NCBI RefSeq assembly: GCF_001949145.1
Contig: NW_019091357.1
Location: 1,638,746 to 1,702,745 of the forward strand
From: Acanthaster planci
Taxonomy: Eukaryota
Reading direction: 5' to 3'
DNA length: 64,000 nt
A model generated the notes under the pieces. That model did not search any database. It was not told where the DNA came from and worked only from the letters and a program-made list of their open reading frames with translations. Made by a program: the position numbers and the translations under genes. Shown piece after piece: positions 25,551 to 39,600 of this stretch; positions within the stretch are counted from its first letter, which is position 1, and each line of letters begins with the position of its first letter.

Positions 25551-28500
25551 TTAGACTTCTGGTATGCTGTGGTCCATTGATCCCTTCACGAGAGAAGAGG
25601 CCATGCTGGAATGAAAGACAAAAGGAGAAATAAACAAACGTGATGCACTGTTTTGAGAAGTGTAGTTACAATACCTAAATAGACCCTTGAATGCTCAAGA
25701 GGAAATTAACAAAGTCCTGCCCAGAGGTACCTTGTGAAGGCCCCTTCAATTCAACATCACGACACAATAACTACTTCCTTCCAAGACAAGTCTCAGAACA
25801 ACAGTTGGGCCGAGTCTAGTGTTGGGGCTGTCACTAGATATAACGTGCATGCTTATGGAAGCCACTACAATGTAGCTAGTGGCTGCGGCTAGTTTCCATA
25901 GACATGTGCAATACTCCCAGCGAAAGCTTGCTGTCTGGGCCATGGACTCAGTTATTAGGGTGATAAGCACTACAATGTCTTACTTCTTCATCATGTGATC
26001 AAAGACGAAGTTGGGCATGATGGTCAGGGTGACTGTCTTTCCTGCATGGGCCATGATCTCCAAGATTTCCTTGTCCTGAAAAAAAAAAAAAGGTGCCAAA
26101 AAGAGAAATCAAACAAATGAATTTATATCTTTTGTAATACTCACTTCACAGACCCCTGCCAATGTAAACTGACCAATTTTTTGACTATGGAGCACCTGGA
26201 AGAGAGCCTGAGCCTGTGATCTGTGTCTCAGGCAACCTCTCAAAACTTCAGAGACATAAGCAATGACGACAAGCACACGAATCCCAAGCCATGCCAACCA
26301 TGACTCCAAGGGATGAAATCATGGCTCCTAAGGCAGGACACAATGCTTAGCCTATTTACTGGGGTAAGCAAATGTGAGCAGGGAACCGGCCCCCGAGTCA
26401 CACAAAGAACATGATGTATTGGTCGGTAACCAGCTTGGGAAGAGTAAATAGTTTTGATGAGTAAATTTCTGTATGAGAGTGTCCACGAAACTATCCCATC
26501 AGCAAACCTCCCAATCTGATCTCCTGTTAACTTCAAGGCCATGGATTGACCTTCCCCCAATTCGTCACAAACACGAACAAGGCCAGGGTGTCTGGGAACC
26601 TGGGAACCAGCCTACCTTCAAGCCGATGACGTTCTGGCCCTGGACCTCCAGCAGGGCGTGGTCAATCAGGAGGCCGTTCCTGGCGGCCGACGTGTCCTTG
26701 GCAATGGCTGTGACCTTGCCGTTCTTGAACACAAAGCCAACGTGGTTGGTGCTGTCCTTCTGCAGGGTAATAGTCCTCTCGAATGGCCTGTGGTAAAGTG
26801 TCAAAATCATAAGCAACATGCAATATTTTATTGTAGGAACTATTTTTTTCCCCACGGTTTTCATATACAATAAAATTAATTTTTAGCACGAGCGGATTAC
26901 CACCGGGGACAAAAACGCCCCACCACCTCTACAAGCTAATCTGGTCCCTAAAAGAGGTCAGCAGCCCACTATGCAAGGTTTGTGAACAAAAGAAAATTAT
27001 GTAACACCGCGCAATCTGGGCTCTTTTTACAAGGCAGCAGGCCTGGCTGAAATACTCCAGTGTCAATAGATGTTGCCTGTCAGATTAGAGTAGGTAGGAA
27101 CCAGGCAGTCCTTTGTGTGGGTGTAAGTGTCCAGTAAATGAAGATATGAATTATTAAAGATGCTTGAAAACAGAAAAAAAAAGATAATTATCCCAACCCA
27201 GCATCATCAACATTCATAAATGCCCCCGGCGCGAAGTGGTTCAAATTGGAGTCTTTTCTATCATTCAACACCCTCACCTGTCCCGGAGAGCCAGGACAAT
27301 CCTTTCGGCTGCTGCCTTCCGCAGTTTACTCATGGCCTTGTCGGATGTCATGCCCGCACAATTCTCGCCATTGATCTGCAGGACCTGGTCGCCAAACCTC
27401 ACACCACCCATGGCCGCTGGCGATCCATCGTGGACAAAGGAAACAAAGACACCCTGAACAATAAAATAAACAACACTTCTTTTGTAACACAAACAGAAAC
27501 AAAACAACAGTAAACAGATCACCTACAACGAGAACCAATGTAAGTGACGTGTGCAAAAGTACCTCAGGACGTTAACTTGGACAGTTGACTGCAACTTCCT
27601 TGCTTTTTCTGCATCTTTTTAATCAAATTTCACCCCTAGAAATGCAACATTTAAAGTGTTACAGATTTACCAGCAATGGACATATATCACAGTAAAAAAA
27701 TGTAACTGAATTCGACAAAATGAGTCATAAGGCCATTGTTCTGCTAATTTTATTCCAGTGTGAATGAGTCAACCAAGCTCTTTCTTTTGATGTAATCACT
27801 CAGTCTGGTGTCCTGATGAAAACAGACACCGTGGCTAGTGATTTCCATTGTGCTAGACTCTTTTCAAGGCTTAATAACTCTTTCCAAGGCCTTTCACTCA
27901 AAATTGGCTTTGGCACTTCGGACTCATTTTGTTAGGCTGGGTCACAATAGTTGAGCATTTGAAAGACAGCTGATTTACAGCATGCCAGTTTTAACAGCAA
28001 AAGTCATGCACCCACAATCACCATGTCTGGAGTTCCATTCAGGTCGACGTCTTTTGTAACCTTTCCCTAATTATTAACCACTGGCAGGTGTATTGTGGTG
28101 TGGACACTGGTTATGCTGGCATAATCTCCAGGAATACGAGGCCGTGTCTGAATCAGCTGAAAATTACAACTGTGCCTACGGGAAGTTACTGGCTAGCAGC
28201 TCCTGCTGTGGCTTCCCACAGACAGGTGTATTACTGTTAGCCACAGCCGGGCAATTTGGCCCGAGTGTTTTATTGAGGTGAGTCGGAAGAACGAAAGACA
28301 ACTGGCGACCAGACCTTGCTGATGGCTCGGACCCGCAGTCCAATTTTTCCCTTCTGGTCCTTGCACAACAACACCTCCCGCACGCCATTGGTAACATTGG
28401 CCCTCCTCAGGCCGACATTCTGGGATCCTGTGACCGGGGCGACCATGTCGGTTGTTCCCACGGCGACGGTTCCGGCTGGTCTCGGAACAATAGCCTGTAT

Positions 28501-30061
28501 GGGAGAAAGAGGCACAAATCTACCTTGATGAGTGGGTTGGCAAACTGTCTTCGAAAAGGTGCAGGAAGTGGCATTATTCTTGTGGGCTTGGGAGGGGAAG
28601 TGAGAAATAAAAAGATCTAGGGGAGCAAGACACGCGAACCAGAAAATGGACGAACAAAATGTGGATCAGATAAAGAATTTTATAGTTTTGAAACAACTGT
28701 TTGAAGAACAGAAGTTTTGTACAATGTCATCAAGAACATGTAACCTTTGAATACATACAGTTGGGGCAAATTAAGGTTCACAGTGTGTGCTTCAATGGAA
28801 TATACTCAGAGACATTTATTATGGTTCAAAATATTAATATTTCTGAAAAATCAGTTAGTGAAAATTTACATCTTCTCCCTTGTCGTCGTTCTAAAACACT
28901 TCAGAAAGTGGTCCAATGCGACTATGAGATGTGACAAAAAATACAGAAAGTGGCACTAAGTATTAGGGTCGGACAACGTAAAAGTTAGATTTTTTTGGCA
29001 ATATAAATATGAATCAGATAGGCCTACACATATACGTCTCTGGGTGTTTTTCTTTGAAGCATACACCATGCACATTAAGTAGAGACCCTGATCTTGTCTG
29101 TCCTCATGAAAAAAAATAGGAATGAGTGAAGCAGGAATCGTACAGGCCAGACAGGAAGATTCACCAGAAAGCCTTGCTGGACTCACCTGCTGTACATTAG
29201 GCATGTGAGCTGCCACCACCTCGGGGGAGAGATTCAGCCCCATGTACTCCTCCAGAGACGGGTAGAGAGAGCTGGTTGGTGTTGGTGCTGGTGCTGCAGG
29301 GGCAGCGGGGGCTATCGCAGCTGCTGGTGGCTGCGGGTACTGGTGCTGGGCAACTTGTTGGTGCTGGACCTGGGCCTGACAATAAGGAGAAAAGAAAATC
29401 CCAAACCCTGATTAGTGCAATGGAGTGGCCTATTAAGCCCAAACTTCATTCTCCGGGTTGGACATTCAGGATCTTATCTACACTTCTGCATGCAGGATGA
29501 AGGGGTCTTGAACTTTCATGTCAGAGGGCTGTAAGTTACTTAGGCTGATGCGTAGACATGCCGACCTCAAGAATGGTCTGTCAACCAAAGCTTGGCTTTA
29601 TGTCCAAAAAAGTCTGACAGGCCTACATGCAAGCATGACACATGCGCCTGGCTACAAAATGCGATGTGGAATTAGGCGCAGCCAGTGTTAATTACCCGAG
29701 TGTGTAGCGTTGACTCCGGGAACCCAACAGGCTAAGAACAAAACATAAAAGTATGCTGAAACCTATGTGACAACATCATATCATCTTTCATTCCACAAAC
29801 ACAAACCTAACTAACTCACAAACCTAACTAACTCACAAACCTAACTAACTCACAAACCTAACTCACTCACAAACCTAACTCACTCACAAACCCAACTCAC
29901 TCACAAACCTAACTCACTCACAAACCTAACTCACTCACAAACCTAACTCACTCACAAACCTAACTAACTCACAAACCTAACTAACTCACAAACATTATCA
30001 ACCGACGTACCTTGGCCATCTGGTCTACCTTCATGTCTTCCAGGGATGGGTAGAGAGACAT
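25551..30061 (-). CDS. SDCBP: Syntenin (syndecan-binding protein), tandem PDZ domains, about 304 aa
   Basis: Exons 30061-30011, 29375-29187, 28494-28315, 27453-27278, 26787-26616, 26075-25984, 25605-25551 (915 nt). Starts [17 protein letters not shown]1 [36 protein letters not shown]2 [25 protein letters not shown]; ends MDHSIPEV*. Confidence 0.97.
29800..29993. repeat. 17-bp minisatellite CACAAACCTAACT(A/C)ACT, 11 full units plus a partial unit
   Basis: Directly visible tandem array in the syntenin intron after coding exon 1. Confidence 0.95.
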
Positions 30062-31973
30062 TTTGGTTGGTTGTGTTGCTGTAATTTCACCTCAAAACGT
30101 AAAACCTGCCAGCAAAGGAAGATCAACAGACAGAATGAATAGATTAAAAGCCCATGAAAAACTGCACCAAGGATTGCATATGCACCAAAGTCACTTGAAT
30201 ATATACATGTAAACAGGAACAAGGCTATCAAAACACATGCATGTACATGTACGGATATACTCTCACAACGTACAGAATTCTTAACTCAAACACACAGGCA
30301 AGTCCTGTACAAAAAGACACAGAAATTGGTTCCAAGTTTGTGTGTAATGAAGTTACTTCACAAAAGAACTTCTGGAACATTTTACTTCACGCGGTGAAAG
30401 GGGAAATGCTGATGCTGTGAACATCTCAAAAACTGAATGTTCTAATACAGGCCTTGAATTTCTTTTTTTTTTTAGGGCAGTGCCATTTGGTATTGGTGGA
30501 CTGGCTGAAATAAAGGGCAGTAATGCCGAACGTGAGGGCATTAATGCCATCAGCGTACCACAGTTATGGGCATCAATGCCATCCCAATTTTTTATATCAC
30601 ATGAAAATGATTCAGGTCTAAGAAAAAGTAGGATACGCATTATACCTGAACATGTCCCTGATAAGCGCTGAACCAGCAGCCAAGTGTTGAAAGACTTCGG
30701 CCTGTTTTGAATGCAGCCATTCTTTCCTCGGCATTTTGCGTACCACAAAAACTGGCTAGGCCAGTGATTTTGCACAAAATCTTATTCTTGCGCGACCTAA
30801 GCAATGGCAACTCTCTATGGTATCTTAGCACAAGTAGGATTCAAGTTGTGAAGCATACGTGCGTAACACTGCATTTACTGGGTTTACCATCTGGACCATC
30901 AAATTTTTTAGTGTTATACAAATGCATAAGTTGCCCTTACTTTTCTAGCTCTTCTACCTCCTAGTTAATGAATGCCCGTGCCTTACTACCTGTCAACCAC
31001 CCAATCACATAAAAAATCAACAGGTTGCCCCTTTGAAAATGCTAGGGTTGTATCGCACACAACATTAAAAAAATTATGGTGATCGTGATACCAAGCTGAT
31101 GCATGATAGTCCAACGTCTGATCATAGAGCAATATTTACCTGTGGGGGGAGGGGGGGAATTGGGCACTAGCTCGTCATTCCCTGTACACAGGCACACAAC
31201 ACGGACTTTGACATAAAACGAGGACATTCCAATCTTTGCAAGACTTTGTACAGTGTGTTTCAATTTTCAATAGCATGAGCGTGAAGTGAAAAACGAGGAA
31301 ATCAGCTGGTCCAGGAAAAGTTGCAGGCCTGGCACAGAGAAGTTTCGACACCTCTTGGGTACATTGGAATTTATGTAGGTGTTTGTAAAACATAGGCCCC
31401 TAATGAAATGAGACGAATCAAAATCTGAATGATGTCACAAGTACATGTCTGACAAGTCTAAATGCATGCACAAAGATAAAAAATGCAAATAATACAGGCC
31501 TAGGCCTATAACACTTTTTTCTAATTCCTAAAACTGCCTCGCCAAATTTCATTTACAATGCATACAATATACAGGTACATTTATGAGCACGCATTTGCTT
31601 AACATGTTTAGGGTTACATGGACCATGCATGGACTGAAAAACATAACAGGCATTAAATTTACACTCATCCATGTCATCATGCTCATTTAGGTATGGGTTA
31701 CAAATTGTCAAGACTGTACGTTTTAGTTTTAGGCAAGTCGGTTGACATGATGTATGACAGATGCTAGGCTATAGTATAGGCTTACGTATACATGTTCATA
31801 GGTATACGATTACAAATGCTGTACAAATGTATGATTTCCATACCGTTTGTACATGAATACGGATGCTTGACATCAACAGGCTTCAAATTCACAGCGAGTA
31901 TAACGTTGGTAAGTGGCATCAAATAAAGCAATTGGATATAAACTTGAACCATTAAATTAACAATAATAACAAC

Positions 31974-32040
31974 ATGAACACGAACATCCTAACACGAACA
32001 TCCTAACATGAACATCCTAACATGAACATCCTTAACATGC
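31974..32040. repeat. Short tandem repeat of about 14 bp (CATGAACATCCTAA-like, about 4 copies)
   Basis: Directly visible imperfect tandem units. Confidence 0.75.
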
Positions 32041-32131
32041 TTAACAAGGATGATGATTAAACGTGTTTCACATGTTTCATGCGCGCTGCACGGCAAGAAT
32101 TATTTAAAAACTTAGTAATTCTACTACTTAC

Positions 32132-32423
32132 AGATCTTCAAGCCGTCAATCTGACTACAGTTAACCAAGCGATGCAAGTAGTACTACTAATACAGATGAT
32201 AAACCAGTTCGCAGTTTTCCAAAATCAAGTTTGGTCCCGTGACTCTGAACAATATGCAATGTACCATCCGATCCGACGTGTTTATTTTCTACCCAATTCC
32301 TTCACTGGTGTACAGATCCAAATTTCCTATTTGCAGGTGTGTGTGAACAAGGTGGCAAGGTACCAGTGTAAGAGTGACGTATCGTCACAAGGCATAATGA
32401 TGTCACTTTTAGGGCTATTTATA
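32132..32423 (-). promoter_or_regulatory. Putative syntenin promoter and non-coding first exon
   Basis: Minus-strand TATAAATA at 32423-32416, CRE-like TGACGT at about 32375, minus-strand donor GTAAGT starting at 32131. No transcript evidence. Confidence 0.45.
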
Positions 32424-33655
32424 GCACTCAGCGATGACGCCAGGAGGCTTAAGGCCCGTCCCACGTACCAACCGCGTGTGCACCTAGCCTAGTGCCCCAA
32501 GTTCGTGTAACAACGACGCTCCCAGACAAAACTGGTGATGAGTGACAAATTTTGAGGCAAAGTAATAATCATTTTCCTGCATTCTCAAAAGTTCAATGTC
32601 ACTGTTTCCATCCATCGTGAATCATACATTCTAGGAATAAGTGTCTGGGGTCATTGATTTCAGGTTTTAATTTGGGGGAAAATATTATTAAAATCTTCCT
32701 TATGTATAGCAGACTTTTTTCAAAATAATAATCTTCACTGATTAAGTTTCCAAAAGGTTGAAGAGACTGAATTCATTCTGATACATTTCATCTAATCTGT
32801 CACTATTACCCTGGGAATAAGGCGGAACTCGACTCCAAAGTCGATGTGTACATTGAACGCATTGGCGGGCTACCCCAAGACCGTTTCCTTGGAAACAACA
32901 CGCTGCTATGTAGAGTATCGGATTTTTTGTTGAATTATAATCCAGGCACTGTTGATTTTCTTCGATTTAATCGATTTTGTGACTCCAGTGTATCGATCAG
33001 TCTGGGCTTCAAAGCAGCAGAGAGCCTAAGGACGACGATGAGAAAAGTTGCCGAAGAAATTTTGTAACAAAGGGAACTAGGCCTACTTCAAATCGATTAC
33101 AAGTGCCACGCTGTAACTTTAGGCTGCAAACGTCTACCTCAGTCAGCACTTACACCAGAGGCAACCGGTTACCGGGTTCGGAATTACTCCTTAACTGTGA
33201 AGGGTTTTCTTTCTCTTTCCAACATCATGCTTGTTTTCCCGAGGAAGGCTTGATTCGCACGTAGCTCACTTTGACGAGGAGGTAAGATTCACACATTCTG
33301 AGCAAAAAAGAAGTTTAGTTTTGATAAGTTCAATTTGAGCAATTCCCTGGGCGCGCACAGCTGCGCTGCCGGCAGATTCATTGTGGGCACGTCAGGAGAT
33401 AAACCTTTGGGAGCCGCTCCCGAATGTGATGCCGAGTGTCTCCACTGTTTAACCTTTTTCTTGAAAAAAAAAACCTCACTGTGGGGTACATTATTCATGT
33501 TTTTTTAATGATAATGCTTAACACTTTGAAAGTCTAATTTCGACAAAAGTCTGACTGTTCTAAGTTCTACAAATTCCTCTGTAATTTTACAGTATAGTTT
33601 ACAACATACCGTAATGAAAACCCTTCATTTGTCGATGTTCCCGCTTGCAGGTACC

Positions 33656-36600
33656 ATGAAGTTCCGAAGTTGGCTAACGTTACTGTTGCTTGCAGAATCA
33701 ATCCAACTCGGTGAGTTACAGGCACAATCACTCAGCAGTCTATATATTTTTATAGTCGGTAATCATCACACATATTCAAACGTGGGTGGTTTTACTTATG
33801 GTAATAAATGCTATCATCGGACGCTTACATGTACCGTCAAGGACAAAACTTGAACTTGGTGGTTATAAAACCCTCCCGTAAACGCAAATTACATGTATTT
33901 CCAAACGAGTTTTGAGGGAGAGGGTTTCGGCGATCATGCACTGCAGTGCTTCATGCTTTTCATCCCTTTGTTAAAAATATTTCCTCTGAATCCACAAGCA
34001 CTTGAAGGGCATGTAGGAGCCTCGTTAGATTCATAAATCATCCTTACAGAAATGTCGTCAACAGTACAGTGTTTTTTTAAAGAAACGCAGTCTAATGCTA
34101 AACACCCTCACCGGTATGAATCTTTATCTGGGCATCCTCTCGCCCAAGCTCCGCCCCTTCCCCGCCGACATGTCATTTGTAGCCTATAATTGTGTTTGAA
34201 ACAACAGCAAGGCAATCGTGTTCGAGTCTGGACCCATATGTGGACCGAACGCCAGGATGGAGCTCCGGTGACTACTGTGCCCCCAGCGTTCCTCTCAATA
34301 GTAAGTCAAAATCTCTTCTTCTTTTTAAATCAGACATGATCTGTCGTAAATGAGGAGTCTAAAAAACCTGCATCGGGAGTGAAATCACATTCACTCCGTC
34401 TTAATTAGTCAAAAGAATTTATTCAAGCAAAAGAGGGAGTTGATTTTGAACCCCGGACATGTAGTATTTTCATTCATTTTTTGAAAATAAAAGATGCTCC
34501 TGTCATTATATTCCAAAAATTAATTAAAAATTAACTGCGCCATGCATGATGCTAATTTAATATGACTGAGTGTGAACAGTTAAAAGTTTTGTTTAGCCGC
34601 TCATGTTTTTTGTCTCCAGACTACGAGAACTGCATTGATGCTCTAGGCATGCAGTCCCGCGAAATCCCCGACGATCAACTCAGCGCGTCCAGCATGTACA
34701 ATAACGACCCAGAGTACGGAGCAGCGTACGGCCGCGTCGGCGATGCTCGCACGGCGGGAACGGGCTGGGTGGCCGGTGTCAGCGATACTAACCAATGGTT
34801 TAAGATAGACATCGGGTTTCTCAGTGTTGTCGCTCGGGTAAGTAATTCAGCAAATTCGTTTTATTTGGGGGGGGGTTATTAGGGCCACCATTTTGGACAT
34901 GATGATTCGTAGAATAAATTGATAAACAAAAGTGAAAAACAAAGCTTTGGACGAGAACTCGAACATATTTTCCCTGACCATGCCCAAAACTTTAAAAGGG
35001 CGATTCGTTGACTCCTAATCACTCGGATATTATGGGGGCTCGGGTACATTTTTGTATCATATGGAGCACTAAATCTTGGAGACCTCGTTATCTGGAGGGG
35101 GCACGGTCATCATTAAAACAATAACCGTAGTAAGCAGATATTTTTCTCTCATTTTCCCGAGAAGTCGAGGGGGTGTATCCACGCACGCCTACCCCCCTTA
35201 GTTACGCCACTGCCAAAGACATATTTATTATATGTCTTTGATATCACTTTGTTATTATTTATTTGCTTCATTCCTATCGATTATTGGCCGTTTCCGACAG
35301 GTTACCACGCAGACTCGCGGATGGAGAGGAGAAACTAATTATGTTACATCGTATACAATTGAATACAGCATAGACGACGTTACCTACACTGCGTATGAAG
35401 AAAGTGGCTCTGTAGTGGTGAGTTCAAACCTGAACCAAAGACGTACATTTTTACTGCTCAGGTTGGTCCGGCAATGTGATTAAAGTAGCACAGCGTAGCT
35501 AGTGTTAACTGAGTATATTACTTTAGTTTCTTGACTGCATAGACGATAGCTTGAGTTTGACTGTGACCCGCCACATGCTCCAAAAGTGCAATATGAGCCC
35601 AGAGCCGGACTACAAGAGGGCGCAATTTTCTTAACAACATAGTCTCATGTAGCGGGAAACTGCACTTTGCTGGTTCACAAACGTCTTTAAAATGCATGCC
35701 TTATGCAAGCATCTCTATCAACAAACTAAGCACTCCACACCAACATGGCTCTTTTAAAACGATGAGGGTGTGCTTCCACTCAAAGCGGGTATGGCCAATT
35801 AGGAGGGGGGTTGAACAAGCTTCCCTTTATTTTTTCCTTCCTTTCCCCTTTCTTTAATACTTTCTTATTTTTTTAAAGGGAGATGTACTTTATCTCGATT
35901 TCTATTTGCCCTCTGCTTTTAAAGGCTAATTCAAAGACCCTTAAAGGGAAAAATAATAACCCATGCAAGTACAGGGGAAAAAAGTTATGCTCCTCTCAAA
36001 ATGTAACAGGTTCACCTGCAACATGCCACCTCCGATCTGGTTGATACTGGCTTCGCCAGTGAGGAAGGCATCCTTCTTCAATTCGTCGTACTTATTCAGT
36101 ATTTAGAGACAAAATTTTGCCCCTGCACACACGGTGCCCCTTTCCCACATTCGAATTCTAATGCTCAGGCGGCACTGTTTTCATAGTTTTCAGATTAAAA
36201 TGCCACTGTATAGTGTTATTTAACTTATTTTGATTTTGTGTGATGATCCATCAAGAAATCAATTAATAGGCCTTAATTACCGAACACCATTATTTAATCG
36301 GGCTTTGACTCTTTGCTATCCGTCCTTCCAACGTCCTCATGACAAATTTTTGATATTCTTGTTGATGCACTGCATCATTTCTGTATTTTGCAGACGTTTG
36401 CCGCAAATGACATTCCTTACAGCGTCATCCATAACGACTTGAGCAATCCTGTTCTGGCTCGTTACATCAAGATTCTCCCACAGACGTGGAACGCTCAGAT
36501 CGCGATGAGAGCAGAACTGTATGGATGTAAACACAGTGAGTATACACAAGTACATCGGTTGGGGAGAAAGGACCATCTCATTAAAAAAAGTTTCTTTTAA

Positions 36601-39600
36601 AAAAAGATGAATTTTGAGATCATTTCCCTTTTGCTGAATTTTCTTAGAGTCTCCTCACATCTTGCAATTTGCGCAACTGTTAAACCAAATCAATGCCATC
36701 TTATGCGGCAGCCATGCTGACAACGACACTGACATTTTTTGGACAATTGATGACGAGAGCTGGCGATAGATGGCGCTTATAGTTTTAACCCTTGCCGTAT
36801 GTTTCTTCTTGTCTCTTGAAGCTATTGCAAGCGATGAGCAAGCGCTCCTCGATGCCAATCTTGTTGAGGGTTGGTACTACGATACAAGCGGAGGTAGCGC
36901 CACCATCCGTTACATGGTTGATAGTAAGTTGAAGAATTGACCCTATTTGTAAGGAAGGGACTCTCTTATTTTTCCCTGCATCTATCTTGTTCAGTGTGAC
37001 CTATCAAATAGGGTGGTGCTTGACTACTTTGGGCTCCATGCCTCACTTACCTATTTTAATGTTACTTAAAATATTTAAATGTAATTTACATTATTTTAAA
37101 CAAAACTGGCATGTATCTGTGTTGAACTTATCTCATTACTGCTTTCTCATGTTCTCAGAATGAAAGTTTTAGCTCACTTTCAGTTCAAGATGGCCGACAT
37201 ATGAATACAGTCTTATTAAAGTTGTTGCAGTGTTAGCAAATGAATTCACACTAGCTGACAGGTTAGGATGCCACGTTTCCAGACTTCATTTCTGAATCTC
37301 GGATTACAATTTCTGCGTGGTCACAGAGCAAAGGACCCCTGAATTGTCCCTTCAGAACATAGTTGGGTCTTTACAACTTCGTCGTGTCAGTCCTAACAAA
37401 AACCTTACTGAAAAATTCCATTTTAAAAATGAAATCAGGCAAGAGATAATTGGTTGAAATTTGGATACGTTGGCCCTAGAAAGTGAGTTTAAGAAATAAA
37501 ATTAATGTAGCCTGTTTCAACATTTCCTTACAACTGTCTTCATGCTGAGAGTAAGGCCCTCAGACTTTCAACAATTTTATTTTTGCTGTAATGACTTTTT
37601 AGCACCGACCGGACGAATTATGAAGTGCATGACTAGAACTTTATATGAAGTAAGATATTTGTTTTTACATCTCTAGCACTATGTCCCGTTTCTTCAATGA
37701 TGACAAGACTAAACATTCGGTGTGTCATTTATCTGTCGCCTTCCAGTCTTCAGTGATCGAATTGTGTTGGAGTCTCCGCTGGGCATGGAGGATTCTACCA
37801 TACCAGACGGTGACATCACTGCATCTAGCACCGAGACTGGTTCAGATCCTACCAACGCGAGGCTGAACGGTTTAAGTGAGTCTCTTGCAATGTGCAACCC
37901 TCATGACCACAAAGCTTCGCATTAATTTAAAAGGTAAAGAAAGTCAGGCGCACGCGCCCTCGATCCAAAAAAGAAGAAAGCTTTGATGCTATATCTGGAA
38001 CATTTTGCCTGGCCTTTTGTTGCTATAGGTGGATGGACAGCAGACACTGCCGACACGAACCAGTATCTCATCATTGATTTGAAAGGAAACACGTTCATCT
38101 CCAAGGTAGGTTCACCCAGATAGGTGCGTTTCACAATAGTGCGCCTCCAAGAGTTTGCAACGCGTTGAACAATCACAGGGTGCGAAATCCGCGTTTGGAA
38201 AGGGTTTTGACAGATTTTGCGGGATGTGATTGGCCAACGCGTTGCAAACTCTTGGAGGCGCACTATTGTGAATCGCCAGTGTTTTCTTGAATTTTGATCG
38301 TATGAAATTTTCTGCACTTTCTGTAAATTATCGAGTGTCCGCTTTCCCCCTACAAGGAAAACCCTCACAAAATCCTCTGGGTTGGTTAGATATAATGTAT
38401 TTACCTAAAAATACCTACTTAAATAATGAACGCACTCCTACAGTAAGCTTCAACTCCCACTCGAATCGACCGTCGTGTCACCTTCTTAATGTTTGCAATC
38501 CCATAGATTCAAGTTCAAGGGGCATCATCATCCTCGTTTACGGAGACTTACTATCTGGAGAGCAGTCCGGACGGTTTGACTTACACTGCCTATAACTATG
38601 AGAGTTCACAGAAGGTATGAGGTTGAAATGAAATATAGACATCATAATTGACTGCTTTGGGCAAAAAAAAAACCAAACTAAAGGCAGAAGTTAGTGCACA
38701 TTTACAAAACAAGATTCTTGTTCATTTATCGTTAGTTTTTTCACTGGAATCTGGGTGCATATTTCTAGTCAAATTTGGACAATTTAATAGTATCCCATAT
38801 GACCCAATTCTTATTTCTTTACTTTCTCCCTAGGTGTTTACCGGTAATAGCGGAGACGGCAATACCGGTGTGACGGAATTTCTCCCCGTTGCCCTCTTCA
38901 CGCGTTTCCTCAAGATCAATCCGCAGACCTGGACTGGTTCCAAACCCTCACTGCGTGTTGAGCTTTACGGAGAGAGAATAGGCAGGTCTCATTTCAAGAT
39001 TCAGTCGCATGGATGACACGAATTTCATCATAATTATATTACTTACGGAAGCGTATTGAAGACATGACTGAACAAATTTGACTTTCGCCCGGGCGAATTA
39101 GTTTTTGCCACGGTGGATTACTATTTCAGGCGGATTAATATTTCGCCTGGGTGGATTAGAAGGATTACACTTATATTTGACAGTTATCCGCCCTGCCGAA
39201 ATAGTAATCCGCCAGGACGAAAGTGTTGATAGATTAAACGTTGATATGAAATATCGCCAAGGTAACCATTCATGTAATCTGTATTTACAGAGGTTAACCC
39301 ATAAAAAGTTTGAACGGGTGATCAACTGTGACTCGATCCCGATGATCTTAATTCATGGTTCCCAAATTGTAAGGTATTTTTCACTAGTAAACAAAGCAAA
39401 GCAAGACAAGATTCAGACCTCAGTAAGATATCAAAAGAGATGCATTTTATTGTTTTAATGTTAATTACAGTCGGCGACAACTGTGACTTCTGGTACAACG
39501 TTGGTAAAACCACGCCAGCGTTTTACGTAGTTAACGTTACATCCAATCCAGTCACGTACGATGGTGTCTACTGTGGTTTCAGCAACGGTAAACAAATCTT

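Noticed and set aside
29800..29993. CRISPR-like or telomeric interpretation of the 17-bp array
   Set aside because: The units are head-to-tail with no unique spacers, the context is eukaryotic, and TTAGG is only part of the unit.
30353..30964. Overlapping 63-140 aa ORFs in the first syntenin intron
   Set aside because: No recognisable domain, codon bias or consistent splice sites.
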